Shown piece by piece: positions 11,637 to 25,100 of a stretch of DNA of 64,000 nt. Origin of the DNA: Squalus acanthias (lineage: Eukaryota); contig JASTWF010000351.1 of assembly GCA_030390025.1 (NCBI GenBank), positions 186,001-250,000 of the forward strand, given 5' to 3'. A model generated the notes under the pieces. It saw only the letters and a program-made list of their open reading frames with translations, was not told where the DNA came from and did no database searches. Position 1 is the first letter of the stretch, and each line of letters begins with the position of its first letter. Both the position numbers and the translations under genes were made by a program.

Positions 11637-12755
11637 AATTAAATAAATCTGTTGGACTATAACCTGGTGTTGTGCGACTTCTCATTTTCGGCTAATGAAG
11701 GCAAGTATCCCATATGCCTTTTTAACCACCTTATCTACCTGTCCTGCTGCCTTCAGGGATCTATGTACATGCACACCAAGGTCCCTCTGATCCTCTGTCC
11801 TTCCTAGGGTCCTACCATTCATTGTGTATTCCCTTGCCTTGTTAGTCCTCCCAAAATGCATCACCTCACACTTTTCAGATTGCGGATTGTAAGAGAAAGA
11901 GTGGAGCAGGAACCAATTCCGGAACATGCAGTGAGTGGGGGAAGGGAGAGGCCATTCTCGGGCTGTGTGTGGACAGTGTAAGGTAACATAGAAAGTAAAT
12001 CACCTCGCACTTTCAAATCATTGCTGCTTTCTTCCACACATCAGCAGTGAATGTTCCTTATTCATTTCCAATCTCACCGTGTCTGTTGTTCTTGGACAGT
12101 GATCAGCAGAAACACAACCTGGCAGTGAAGTTGTGAGCAGTTTCACAAAGTTAATCTATTGCAGGCAGCAGGAGAGAAGTGTGAAAAATCACATTTCAAA
12201 AATCGGTTATTTTGTTCCGGTGCGTTGAGTTCTCCAGAACCGTGTTGCTGGTGATCGGGAGATTCATTGTCGCTCCCTCAGATACATCAGGATCCGGGCT
12301 CTGTGACATTCTGGTAACTACACAGGCCCTCAACTCAGTTTATTCAATTTCTGAAGTTTGCTTCCTGCACAGATACTGTCGGGGACTATGGAATTCAAGG
12401 GTTTAAGAAAAGTCATTGGATGGACTGTAATGACAGCAGTTCTAACTGTCGGAGCCCGCTGTAACCTGAGATTGCTTCGGATTGGTCGCTTGATTTAAAT
12501 CTCATTTCCTTAACAGAACTAACTATTGATCTCAATTGAACAATTTTTAAATTATGTTTGAAACATTCCGCCAAATTCAAAAAATAAAGACTTTTATTAA
12601 TAATTATTAAATTCGACAGTGACAGACATTAAAATGTGGCAGAGTCAGTAATTTTCTGATAATTTTCTCACCAGATTGAAAGGACGTTAGCCCGAATGAA
12701 TAAACTGACGAAATCAGTGCATTAAACTGGCGGCTCCTTCAGAGAGGCTGTGGGT

Positions 12756-12888
12756 GGATCTTAAAAGCGCCGTTGTGTTTTCTGTATTTCTGTCAGTAAA
12801 TTGTGGAGTTTTACTTGGAGCTGGCGTACTTGGCCAGCCCGTGCTTGGCCAGCTCCCCGGGCAGCACCAGACTCACGGTGGTCTGGAT
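12756..12888 (-). pseudogene. H2B: Histone H2B 3' fragment with decayed stem-loop
   Basis: Minus strand reads [25 protein letters not shown] (internal deletion of [10 protein letters not shown]); stem-loop relic at 12756-12771 (plus strand GGATCTTAAAAGCGCC); flanks resemble the intact H2B 3' region. Confidence 0.85.
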
Positions 12889-13139
12889 GTGTGGACACAA
12901 TCCGCACACTCCAAACTATTAGAGGTTGGTGCCATCTCCTGGCTGAAAGCGAGTACTGCAACAAGAGACAATCATTCAGCAGAAACCATTTTAATTTCGA
13001 GAGAAAATACATCAGCAACGTGTTTATGTTCAGCTTAAAACCATTGCAATGTATTTTATTGGTCCAGCTGAAAACTCAAAAAAACCATTAAAGGCAGATG
13101 GTCGCGCTCACCCGATTCTAGTGTGAACAGTGTGAATGA

Positions 13140-14430
13140 TCATTGTTTGTGGGATAGACACTGCCTCTGTCACTCTGGTACTATGTGTCGATGTGGGATT
13201 CACCGGTGAGGGTAGGATAGATGTTGTATCTGTTACTCTCCGGTACTGTGTGTCAGAGTCGGATGGACAGCTGAATATGGGATAGATACTGTACATGTCA
13301 CCCTCTGATGATGCTGCCAATGTGGGATATATTGGTAAACAGAGGAAGGATATTGTATTCTCACTTTGACTTACTGTGTGTCAGATTTGGATTGCCAAGT
13401 GAGAGTTGGGTGGTTACTGCCTCTGTCACTCTGTTAGTATGTGCCAATGTGGGATTCATTGGTGAGTGTAGGCTCGGTAATGTATCTGTCACTCTCTGGT
13501 ACAGTCTGTCAGTGTGGGCTGGACAGGGGATCATAGGAAAGACACTGCAACTCTCACTCTCTGGTACTGTGTTTAATTCTGGTAATGACAAAAGTTCAAA
13601 GGATAGTCACTGACTCTGTCACTCTTTGTATTGTGTCAGTGTCAGATTGGCTGATGCAAACGGATAGGTACTGTATCTGACAATCTCTGGTACAATGTGA
13701 CAGTTTTAAATTGTCTGGTGCGGATAGACTAGATACTTTATCTGTCAATCTCTGGTTTTGTGTGTCTGGGTGGGATTGAGAGGTGAGTGTAGGAAAGACA
13801 CTGCCACTCACTCTCTGGTACTGCATATCAGTTTGGGATTTATTGGTGAATACAGGATAGATATTGTAACTGTCACTTTCTGTTACCGTGTGGCTGTGTT
13901 TGATTGTCAGGTGAATACACTATATAGATACTTTCACTCTCACTCTCTGATACAATGTGACCATTTTATACTGAAATGTTATTTTTAGAAATATAATTTT
14001 TCTGTCACTCTCTGGTAAAGTGAGTCAGTGTTGGATTGAGAGGAGAATATATAAAGAACACTGCCATTGTCATTCTCTGGTACTGTGTGTCATTGTGGGA
14101 TTGACTGGTGAATATGAAATAGATATTGCACCTGTCACTCTCTGATACTGCTCATCAGTCTGGGATATATTTGTGAACATAGGATAGATATTGTATCTCT
14201 CAATCTCTGATACAGTGTGGCAGAGATGAATTGCCAGGTGAGTGTTGAATAGATACAGCCTCTGTCATTCTCTGATACTATATGTCAGATTCTGATTGAC
14301 AGCTGAAGGTAGATGTAAACTGCCACTTTCAATCTCTGATGCAGTATCCGTGTGGGATTGACTGGTGAATATAGGAGAGATACTTCCACTTTCACTCTCT
14401 GATCCATTGACAGATGAATATAGAATAGAT
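13140..14430 (+). repeat. ~65-bp minisatellite variant
   Basis: TGTCA(C/T)TCTCTG recurs at 14068, 14133, 14198 and 14263 (65-bp spacing); shares its core with the 41/46-bp family. Confidence 0.75.
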
Positions 14431-14618
14431 GTAGTTGGTGTCTGGCATGGGAGGGTAAATTGTACTCTGTATTTCTCCATCTCTGGTATGTGAATGTGGC
14501 TTTTACTCTGTATCCTTCAGTGTCCAAAATGAGATCATGGGTTTTATTCTGTACCTGTCAATTTCTGCAAATTGCGTGTGTGGTTCACTCTGTACTTTCA
14601 ATACCTGGTGTCTGAGTG

Positions 14619-16043
14619 TATAGAAACATAGAAGATAGGAGCAGGAGTAGGCCATTCGGCCCCGGGAGCCTGCTCCGCCATTTAATGAGATGATGGCTGA
14701 TCATCCAAATTCAGTACCCTGTTCCTGCTTTCTCCCCATATCCCTTGATCCCTTTAGCCTTAAGAAATATTTCTAACTCCTTCTTGAATATATTTAATGA
14801 ATTGGCCTCAACTGCCTTCTGTGGTAGAGAATTCCACAGGTTCACCACTCTCTGGGTGAAGAAATTCCTCCTCATCTCAGTCCTAAATGGCTTACCCCTT
14901 ATCCTTAGACTGTGACCCCTGGTTCTGGACTCCCCCGCCATCGGGAACATCCTTCCTGCATCTAGTCTGTCTAGTCCTGTTAGAATTTTATAAGTTTCAA
15001 TGAGATCCCCTCTCATTCTTCTAAACTCTAGCGAAGACAAGCCTAATCGTCCCAATCCCAGGTATCAGTCTGGTGAATCTTCGCTGCACTCCCTCCATGG
15101 CATGAACATCCTTCCTCAGATAAGGTGACCAAAACTGCACACAATACTCAAGGTGTGGTCTCACCAAGGCTCTGTACAACTGCAGCAAGACATCCTTGCT
15201 CCTGTACTCGAATCCTCTCGCTATGAAGGCCAGCATAACATCTGCCTTCTTAACCGCCTGCTGCACCTGCATGCTTACCTTTTACGACTGTTGCACAAGG
15301 ACTCCCAGGTCTCGTTGAACTTCCCCTTTTCCCAATCTATTGCCGTTCAGATAATAATCTGCCTTCCTGTTTTTGCCACCAAAGTGGATAACCTCGCATT
15401 TATCCACATTATACTGCATCTGCCATGCAACTGCCCAATCACCCAACTTGTTCAAATCATACTGGAGTTTCTCTGCATCCTCCTCATAACACACATGCCC
15501 ACCCAGCTTTGTGTCATCTGCAAACTTGGAGATATTACATCTAGTTCCCTCATCTAGATCATTAATATATATTGTGAATAACTGGGGTCCTAGCACCGAT
15601 CCCTGCAGTACCCCACTAGTCACTGCCTGCCACTCGGAAAAAGACCCATTTATTCCAACTCTTTGCTTCCTGTCTGCCAACCAGTTCTCTATCCAAGTCA
15701 GTACCTTACCCCCAATCCCATGTGCTTTAACTTTGCATGCTAATCTCTTATGTGGGACCTTATCGAAAGCCTTCTGAAAGTCCAAATACACCACATCCAC
15801 TGGTTCTCCGTTATCTATTCTACCAGTAACATCCTCAAAAAGTTCCAGTAGATTAGTCAAGCATGATTTACCTTTTGTAAATCCATGTTGACTTTGTCCA
15901 ATCCTGTCACTGTTTTCCAAGTGCTCTGCTATTACATCTTTTATAATGGACTCTAGTATTTTCCCCACTACCAATGTCAGGCTTACCGGTCTATAATTCC
16001 CCGTTTTCTCTCTCCCACCTTTTTTAAATAGTGGGGTTACATT
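14619..16043 (-). mobile_element. CR1 LINE 3' ~1.4 kb (RT domain)
   Basis: [48 protein letters not shown]; 3' tail (TTTCTATG)n. Confidence 0.95.
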
Positions 16044-16177
16044 ATGTTTTACTCTTTGTCTGTCAGTCTTTTCTATGTGAAAGTGGGTTCTGCTCTATAG
16101 CCATCGTTCTCCGGTATGTTAGTATCTACTTATTCTGTACCAGTCAATTTATGATATGTGAGTATTCGTTTTATTCG

Positions 16178-16510
16178 CTAAGAACATAAGAATTAGGAGC
16201 AGGAGTAGGCCATAAGGCCCCTCGAGCCTGCTCTGCCATTCAATACGTTCATGGCTGATCTTCGACCTCAACTCCACTTTCCTGCCCTTTCCCCATATCC
16301 CTTAATTCCTCTGCAGTACAAAAGTCTAACTATCTCAGCCTTGAACATAAACAACGACTGGCATCCACTGCTCTTTGGGGCAGCGAATTCCAAAGATTCA
16401 CAACCCTCTGAGTGAAGAAATGCCTCCTTATCTCAGTCTCAATTGGCCGGCCGTTTATCCTGAGCCTTTACCCAGTAGTTCCAGATTCTCTAGTCAGGGG
16501 AAACAATCTC
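16178..16510 (-). mobile_element. Short CR1 3' fragment
   Basis: TAAGAACATAAGAATTAGGAGCAGGAGTAGGCC tail plus ORF2 C-terminal homology. Confidence 0.85.
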
Positions 16511-18860
16511 TGAAATGCGAGTGTGTATTTTACTCTATAACTACCAATTTCTGCTTAATTCAGAGTGGCTTTTCTTTGTACCTGCCAGTTTCTTGTATGG
16601 ATGAGAGCTTTTCGCCCTGTACCTGTCAATTATTGGTAAGTACGTATGAGCTTTACTCTGTATCTGCCAGCTTCTTTCGTGGGAGTGTTGGTTTTATTCT
16701 GTACCTGTCAATCTCTGATACATGAATGTGGGTTCTATTATGTACCTGTCAGTTTCTAATAGGTAAAAGCTAGTTTTATTCTATATCTGTCAGTTTCTGG
16801 TATGTGATTGTGGTTTTTAATCTGTGCCTGTCAGTTTCTAGTATGTCAGTGTGTGCTTTTTTCTGTACCGGTTGATTTCAAGTAAGTGAGTGTGTGATTT
16901 ACACTGTATCTGTCAGCCTCTGGTATGTGAATGTGCGTTTTACTATGTGTCTATCTGTCTTTGGTATGTAAATGTGGGGTTTACTCGGTAACTGTCAATG
17001 TCTGATATGTGATTTGGGTTTTATGCTACCTGTGATTTTTCTGATATGTGAGTGTGGGTTTTACACTGTAACTGTCAGTTACTGGTATGTGAGGGTGACT
17101 TTTATTCTGCACCTTTCAGTTTCCGTTTTGTGAGTGTGGGTTCTTTTATGTACCTTTTGTTTTCTGATTAGTGAGTGTGTAATTTACTCCGTATCTGTAA
17201 TTCTGTTGTATGTGAGTGTGGGTTTTAACCTCTATGTGTATGTGGAATGTGATGTGTTTTTATTCTGTATCTTTCAGTGTTTGACGTGTGAATGTGGGTT
17301 TTATGCTGTAACTGTCAGGTTCTGATGTGTGTGTGGGGCTTTCACACTGTACCTGTCCGTTTCCGGAAAGTGAGAGTGAGTTTTACTCGTCATCAGTCAA
17401 TCTCTGGTGTGTGGATGTGGGTTCTACACTGTACCCATCGGTCTCTGGTATGCTAGTATTGTTTTTTTCTCTGTACCAGTCAGTTTCTGATACGTGAGTG
17501 TGGGTTCTGCTTTCTACCTGTCAATTTGTGCTGTAGAAGAGAGGATTTACTCTCAATGTGTAAGCTTCTAGTTTGTGTGTGTGGGATTTAATGCGTATCT
17601 ATCAGTCTCTGGAATGTGAGTGTGAGGTTTTTTTTCTCTATCTATCAGTTTCTGGTATGTGAGTGTGGATTTTATTCTGTACCTGTCAGCATCAGGTATG
17701 TGAGTGTGAGTGGCACTCTGCATCTATCGGTCTCTTGTATGTGAGTTTGGGCTTTCCTCTGTATCTGTCAGTTTCTGTTATGGGAGTCTGAGTTTTTTTC
17801 TGTACATGTTATGTTCTGATATGTGAGTGTGGAACTTACTCTATAGCTGCCAGTTTGAGAGTGGGTTTTCCTTTGTACCTGTCAGTTTCTGGTATGGAAG
17901 AGAGGTTTTTCTCCTGTACCTGTCAATTACTGGTGAGTATGGGCTTTACTTTGTATCGCTCAGTTTCTGTTATGGGACTATTGGTTTTACTTTGTATCTA
18001 TCAGTCTCTGGCACATGAATGTGGGTTGTTTTATGTACCTGTCAGTTTCTGATATGTAAATGTCAGTTTTATTTTGCATCTCTCACTTTCTGGTTTGTGA
18101 GTGTGGATTTTTCTCTGCATCAGTCACTCTCCGGTTTCTGGATGTGAGTTTTTCTCTGTACCCATCGGTCTCTATTATACGAGTGGTTTAACTCTTTACC
18201 AGTCAGTATCTGGTAAATGAGTGTGGGTTTTCCATTCTACCTGTCAATTTCTGCTATGGAAGTGAGGCTTTTACTCAGAATCTGTAATTTTTCTGTACGT
18301 GACAGTGGGTTTTAGTCTTTATCTGTCAGTCTCTGCTATGTGAGTGTTATTTATTATTTGCACTATCTTCCATTTCTGGTACACGAATGTTGTTTTTATT
18401 ATGTACCTGTCAGCTTCTGGAATGTGATCGGAGGTTCACTCTGTGTTAGTCAGTTCTGGTGTGGGAGTGTCTGTTTATTTATTATCAGCCAGTCTCTTGT
18501 GTATCAGTTTGTGTTTAGTCTCCTTCCCTCATTTTCTGGTATCAGAGTGTGGGCTTTTCTCTGTACCTTTCATTTCCAATTATGCGAGTGTAGGTTTTAT
18601 TTGGTACCTGTCAGTTTCTGGTATCTGAGTGTGGGTTTTTCTTTGTACCTGTCAGCCTCTGGTATGTGAATGTGGATTTTATTCTGTATCTGTCATTTCT
18701 GAAATGTGAGTGTGGGTTTTTCTCTGTTCCTGACATTTTCTGTATATTAGTGTGTGTTTTAATCAGTACCTGCCAGTTTCTGGGATGGGAGTGTGGTTTT
18801 TACTCTGTATCTGTCAGTCTCTGGTTTGTGAGTGAGTGTTTGACTCTGTATCTGTCAGCC
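16510..18860 (+). repeat. ~41-bp minisatellite array
   Basis: Repeating CTGTACCTGTCAGTTTCTGGTATGTGAGTGTGGGTTTTA-like units. Confidence 0.85.
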
Positions 18861-19479
18861 TGACATCCAGCTGTTTTAAATGCCTCTAAACTCGGCAGTT
18901 CTACTACCCCACCTGGTGGACTATTCTGGACATTTCTCACCCTTTGTTTGAGGTAGTTCCCACCGCCGTCTGTTGTAAATGAATTCTCCTGTAGTTCACA
19001 TCAACGTTCCCTCTAATTTTATTTTAAGTGTGCGGTCTCTTTAACTGGGTGCGCGGACCATTCAAATTTTTATTGAGTCTCTTGGATGTGAGTGTGAGTT
19101 TTATGCTTCATCTGTCAGTCTCAGGGATGTGAGTCTGGGATTTACTCTGTATCTGTTATTCCCTGGGATGTGAGTGTGGACCACCCGATTGGCACAGCCA
19201 AGGTTTATATCTCCCACTCCCATAGGACTATGTGTAAAGTTCCGGATCGCTTCCTGGAATGTTACACTGGGCTGTACACCATTGTTTTCAATCTATTGAA
19301 ACCGAGTTGAGGGATTGTGTAGTTAACAGAATGTCACTGATGCCGGATCCTGATGTATCTGAGGGAGCGACAATGTATCTCCCGATTACCAGCAGCACGG
19401 TTCTGGAGAATTGAACGCACCCAAACAAAATAACCAATTTTTGAAATGTGTTCTTTCACAAGCCTCTCCAATCTCTGAA

Positions 19480-19830
19480 TTAATACATTCTGCCACTTCA
19501 ATGCTGCTATCAGGACGTCTGCAGAAACATTCCATTTCAGTTTTAAATCCTCTCTTGTCCTCAATTTTAACCATGGAGTCTTGATTGTTTTCCCTTACCT
19601 ATATCTTCTCTGACTAAGGCTGTAATAGTTTATTTATTCAATAAGTGTACCCCTCCTCCTCTTCCTGTTGCCCTGTACTTTCTAAAGACATTCTAACCTG
19701 GAATATTAAACACCCAATCATGACCAGCTTGCAGCCACGTCTCTGTAACGACCACCATCCGCTGTATTTGACCTTCTAAGTCACTCAATGTATTTCTCAT
19801 TTTCCAGGCGTCAGTCTGAAAATCACTTCT
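19480..19830 (-). mobile_element. Old CR1 endonuclease-domain relic (paralog at ~34640-34880)
   Basis: VVVTETWLQAGHDWVFNIPG resembles the CR1 EN motif AITETWL..W.LNIPG. Confidence 0.65.
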
Positions 19831-20123
19831 TGGGCTACCCTCACCTATCCTTCTCACACAGTTCAACTTAACACTTTTCTTATGTGTCACTGCTCCTGTA
19901 ACGACAGTAGTTATTTTAGTATCATCTTACCCTGGAGTATCCACAGCAATGTTTGGAACTTGAACTCTGCACTTCTCCCTTTTTTGTACTACTATTTTTA
20001 AATTCCATTTTAATTCTAAGAGAGATGGAAGTATTTTGTCAATTCTAATGTATCTTATAAAATCCTGATGCAAGGTCTCATAAAGCAGTACTGACCTGCG
20101 AGGGGTATTAAAAGTACCTTGGT

Positions 20124-20195
20124 TGCAATGGCCGGGTATCGAACCCGGGGCACCTGCTTGCAAAGCAGCTATGCTCACCACTATACCACCAAAGC
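20124..20195 (-). pseudogene. tRNA-Gly(TCC)-derived pseudogene with anticodon changed to TGC
   Basis: Minus strand GCTTTGGTGGTATAGTGGTGAGCATAGCTGCTTTGCAAGCAGGTGCCCCGGGTTCGATACCCGGCCATTGCA; body matches vertebrate tRNA-Gly-TCC; A and B boxes present; two acceptor-stem mismatches. Confidence 0.8.
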
Positions 20196-20511
20196 CCACA
20201 CGAGTCTCATTTATATTTACGGACTATATCTTTCTTTTGGCTCCTAAGTGGGTCAAGAAAGATACAAAGCAATCATTTTAATCATAACGTCACAACAAAT
20301 GGCCACTGTGAATAGTTACATCGCTTGGACTGAGCCCTCACCACATTTATTATTTTAATCTGCTTTACAGGTTAAAAAATAATTATCAACAAAAGTAAAT
20401 TAAAAAATCAAGTTTATGGGAGAAGCAAATGGATGATGAATGTGTTTTGTAAATTTTAGAGAAATGGCATTTGCGATAAGGTGATCTAAACTGTATCAAC
20501 AGGAGGCTGGT

Positions 20512-20585
20512 TGCAATGCCACGAATTCGAACCCGAATCCACTCACTAGAAAGTGTAGCTCGGCTCATCACTGTTCCAAAATCGC
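20512..20585 (-). pseudogene. Heavily decayed second tRNA-Gly-like copy
   Basis: Same 3' end (CATTGCAACC) and B-box GGTTCGAAT as 20124-20195; rest degenerate. Confidence 0.5.
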
Positions 20586-20797
20586 TCTAATTTTAAAATG
20601 TAAGCCTCTGTATTTATAGACCACTCGCCAAAAACACTTGCAATCTTCTTAATCTGAACATAAACAAGATGTTCAGGTTATTTCTCTCCAATTTAAAATA
20701 GTTACTGATGAATGGTTATCTTGTTGCAGTACCGGCTGGCAGCCAGGAGATGGCACCAACCTCTGATAGTTTGGGAGTGTGCGGATTGTGTCCACAC

Positions 20798-20872
20798 ATC
20801 CAGACCGCCGTGAGTCTGGAGCTGCCCGGGGAGTTGGCCAAGCACGCCGTGTTCGGAAGGGACAAGGCCGGT
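20798..20872 (+). pseudogene. H2B: Histone H2B internal fragment
   Basis: [18 protein letters not shown] then frameshifted SEGT; same non-histone 5' junction as the other two H2B fragments, inverted orientation. Confidence 0.8.
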
Positions 20873-22134
20873 AGCCATTGCAAATAAATTTCACAACGCA
20901 CTGCAACAGCATTAATTTAGTCGAATAATTCATTCCGGCCATCGTCCTTTTATAGAATCACAGAACATTAATGTGAGCGCAGGTTTTTTCTGTATCTATC
21001 AGTTTCTGGTATGTGAATGTGGGTTTTATTCTGTACCTGTCTATTTCTGGCATGGAAGAGTGGGTAAAATGCTGTAGCTCTCAGTCTCTAGTATGGGTTT
21101 ATTTTCTATTACGAAGTCTCTGGTGTGTGAATGCGGTTTTTAGCTGTCATCGTGTCATGGAGTCATATCGGCACAGAAGGAGGCCATTCGGCCCATCGAG
21201 TGCGTGCCGGCTCTCTGAAGAGCAATCCGGTCAGTCCCATTCCCCCGCTATATCCCCGTTGCCCTGTAAGTTAATTTCCCTCAAATGCCTATCAAGTCAC
21301 CCCTTGAAAACTTTCAGTGCCTCCGCTTTCACCACTTCCGTCGGCAGCGAGTTCCAGGTCCTCATCACTCGCTGCGTAAAAAAGTTTTTGGTCACACCCC
21401 CCCTGTATCTCTTGCCCAAAACCTTAAATCTGTGTCCCCTAGTTGTTGTACCATCAAGTAGTGGGAACAGCCTTTCCCCGTCTAGCATAGAAGCAAAGAA
21501 GATAGGAGCAGGAGTAGGCCATTCAGCCCCTCGAGCCTGCTGCAGCATTTAATGAGATCATGGCTGATCATCCAAATTCAGTACCCTGTCCCTGCTTTCT
21601 CCCCATATCCCTTGATGCCTTTAGCCTTAAGAAATATATCTATCTCCTTCTTGAATATATTTAATGAATTGGCCTCAACTGCCTTCTGTGGTAGAGAATT
21701 CCACAGGTTCACCACTCTCTGGGTGAAGAAATTCCTCCTCATCTCAGTCCTAAATGGCTTACCCCTTATCCTTAGACTGTGACCTCTGGTTCTGGACTCC
21801 CCCGCCATCGGGAACATCCTTCCTGCATCTAGTCTGTCTAGTCCTGTTAGAATTTTATAAGTTCCAATGAGATTCCCTCTCATTCTTCGAAACTCTAGCG
21901 AATATAAGCCTAATCGACCCAATCTCTCTTCATACATCATTCCTGCCATCCCAGGTATCAGTCTGGTAAATCTTCGCTGCACTCCCTCCATGGCAAGAAC
22001 ATCCTTCATTAGATAAGGCGATCAAAACTGCACACAATACTCAAGGTGTGGTCTCACCTTGGCCCTGTACAACTGCAGCAAGACATCCTTGCTCCTGTAC
22101 CCGAATCCTCTCGCTATGAAGGCCAATATACCAT

Positions 22135-25100
22135 AAGAACATAAGAACATAAGAAATAGGAGCAGGAGTAGGCCAATTGGCCCCTCGAGCCTGCTCCGCC
22201 ATTCAATAAGATCATGGCTGATCTGATCCTAACCGCCAATCTACTATCATAGAACCATCTCCTGAACCTAACAGAATTGGACACACGAAATAGGAGCAGA
22301 ATCAGGCTACACGGCCCCTGGGCCCGCTATGCTATCCACAGGGCCATGACCGATCCGAACCTAGACTCATGTCCAAATTCCTGCCCGCTCCCCGTAACCC
22401 TTAATTCCCTTTACTTCTAGGAAACTGTCTATTTCTATTTTAAATTTATGTAATGATGTACCTTCTACAGCTTTTTGGGGCAGCATATTCCCTGGACCTA
22501 CCACCCTCTGAGTGAAATAGTTCCTTCTCATCTCAGTTTTGAAAGAGCAGCCCATAATTCTAAGACTATGTCCCCTAGTTCTAGTTTCACCCATCATCGG
22601 GAACATCCTCCCCGCATCCACCCGATCCAACCCCTTCACAATCTTATATGTTTCAATAAGATCGCCTCTCATTCTTCTGAACTCCAATGAGTAGAGTCCC
22701 AATCTACCCAACCTCTCCTCATATGTCCATCCCCTCATCCCCGGGATTAACCGAGTGAACCTTCTTTGTACTGACTCGAGAGCAAGTATGTCTTTTCTTA
22801 AGTATGGACACCAAAACTGTATGCAGTATTCCAGGTGCGGTCTCACCAATACCTTGTACAACTGAAGCAATACCTCCCTATTTTTATATTCTATCCCCTT
22901 AGCAATGAAAGCCAACATTCCATTGGCCTTCTTAATCACTTGCTGCACCTGTATACTAACCTTTTGAGTTTTGTGCACCAGGACCCCCAGATCCCTTTGT
23001 ACTTCAGTACTTTCCAGTTTCTTGCCATTTAGATAATAACTTGCTCTACTATTTTTCCTGCCAAAGTGCATAACCTCACACTTTCCAGTATTGTATTCCA
23101 TCTGCCAAATCTCTGCCCACTTACTTAGCCTGTCTATGTCCCCTTGCAGATTTTTTATGTCCTCCTCACTCACTACTTTCCCTCCCATCTTAGTATCATC
23201 TGCAAACTTTGATATGTTACACTCGGTTCCCTCCTCCAAATCGTTAATATAGATTGTAAAGAGTTGGGGACCCAGCACTGACCCCTGCGGAACACCACTA
23301 GTTACTGGTTGCCAGTCTGAGAATGAACCATTTATCCCAACTCTCTGCTTTCTGTTAGATAGCCAATCCTCTATCCATGCCAGAATATTACCCCCAATCC
23401 CATGATTTTTTATCTTAAGCAATAATCTTTTGTGTGGCACATTGTCAAATGCCTTTTGGAAGTCTAAATACACCACATCCACTGGTTCCCCTTTATCCAC
23501 CCTGTGTGTTACTTCCTCAAAGAACTCCAGCAAATTTGTCAAACATGACTTCCCCTTCATAAAACCATGCTGACTTTGTCCTATTAAATTATGATTATCC
23601 AAATGTCCCGTTACTGTCTGCTTAATAATGGACTCCAAAATTTTACCTACCACAGATGTTAGGCTAACCGGTCTATAGTTTCCAGCCTTCTGTCTACTGC
23701 CCTTTTTAAATAAGGGTGTTACATTAGCAGTTTTCCAGTCTGCCGGGATCTTTGCTGAGTCCAGGGAGTTTTGGAAAATTATTACCAATGCATCCACAAT
23801 CCCTACCGCCACTTCCCTCAAGACCCTAGGATGTAAGCCATCAGGTCCAGGTGATTTATCCGCCTTGAGTCCCATTATTTTACCGAGTACCACTTCCTTA
23901 GTGATTTTGATCGTGTTTAGCTCCTCCCCCCCTATAGCCCCCTGTTTGTCCAGTGTTGGGATATTCTTAGTGTCCTCTACTGTAAAGACTGATACAAAAT
24001 ATTCATTCAGTGTATTTGCCATCTCCATATTTCCCACCATTAATTTCCCGGTCTCATCCTCTAAGGGACCAACATTTGCTTTAGCCACCCTTTTTCTTTT
24101 TATATAACTATAAAAACTCTTACTATCTGTTTTTATATTTTTTGCTAATTTACTTTCATAATCTATCTTCCCTTTCTTAATCAATCTTTTCGTTATTTTT
24201 TGCTGTCTTTTAAAGTTTTCCCAATCCTCTATCCTCCCACTAGATTTTGCTACCTTATAACCCCTTGTTTTTAGTCGAATATTATCCTTAATTTCTTTAC
24301 TTAGCCATGGATGACTGTCTTTTCTTTTACACCCTTTTCTTCTCAGTGGAATATATATTTTTTGAAGTTGTAAAATAACTCCTTAAATGTACACCACTGA
24401 TCATGTATCGTCTTACCCTTTAATCTATTTTCCCAATCCACTCTACTCAATTCTGCTTGCATACCTTCATAGTCTCCTTTATTCAAGCTTAGCACGCTTG
24501 TTTGAGATCCAACCTTCTCACCCTCTACTTGAATATGGAATTCAACCATGTTATGGTCACTCATTCCAAGGGGATCCTTTACTAGGACATTTTTAATTAA
24601 TCCTGTCTCGTTACACAGGACCAGATCTAAGGTTGCTTGCCCCCTGGTCGGTTCAGTTACATACTGCTCAAGAAACCCAGCCCTAATACACTCAATGAAC
24701 TCATCTTCAAGGCAGCCCTGCCCAATTTGATTTGTCCAATTAATATGATAGTTAAAATCCCCCATAATTAACGATGTTCCCTTATTGCAAGCCTCAACTA
24801 TTTTCCGATTGATACTCCGTCCAACAGAGTTGCAACTGTTCGGAGGCCTATAGACTACGCCCACTAGTGTTTTTTTCCCCTTATTATTCCTTATCTCCAC
24901 CCAAACTGTTTCATTATCCTGATCTTTTGACCCAATATCATTTCTCTGTATTACAGTGATTCCTTCTCTTATTAACATAGCCACCCCACCTCCCCTTCCT
25001 TCCTGCCTGTCCTTCCTGATCGTTAAATAACCAGGTATGTTTAATTCCCAGGCATTGTCACCCTGCAGCCATGTTTCTGTAATGGCCACAAGATCATACC

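Larger units (their letters stand above)
8641..11687. mobile_element. Fold-back (head-to-head inverted) Penelope-like insertion: left arm 8641-10351 (-), 5-nt spacer, right arm 10357-11687 (+); 14-bp TSD
   Basis: TCGGCTAATGAAGG at 8627-8640 and 11688-11701; centre TGTTGATGCTA-CACGA-TAGCATCAACA; both arms encode the RT C-terminus (INRFHPTIKLTMDYSSESVSFLD) through GIY-YIG; right arm has a CGA>TGA stop at 10676-10678. Confidence 0.93.
6296..11890 (-). mobile_element. CR1 LINE 3' fragment split into three pieces (6296-6909, 8612-8640, 11688-~11890) by two PLE insertions
   Basis: CR1 peptide KAYGILAFISR (11682-11927 ORF) continues as IEYKSREV..RPQLEYCVQFWSP (6667-6945 ORF) once the inserts are removed. 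Confidence 0.9.

Noticed and set aside
19002..19070. CAACGTTCCCTCTAA.. resembling a hAT-type MITE terminus
   Set aside because: No matching second inverted end or TSD found; unsupported.
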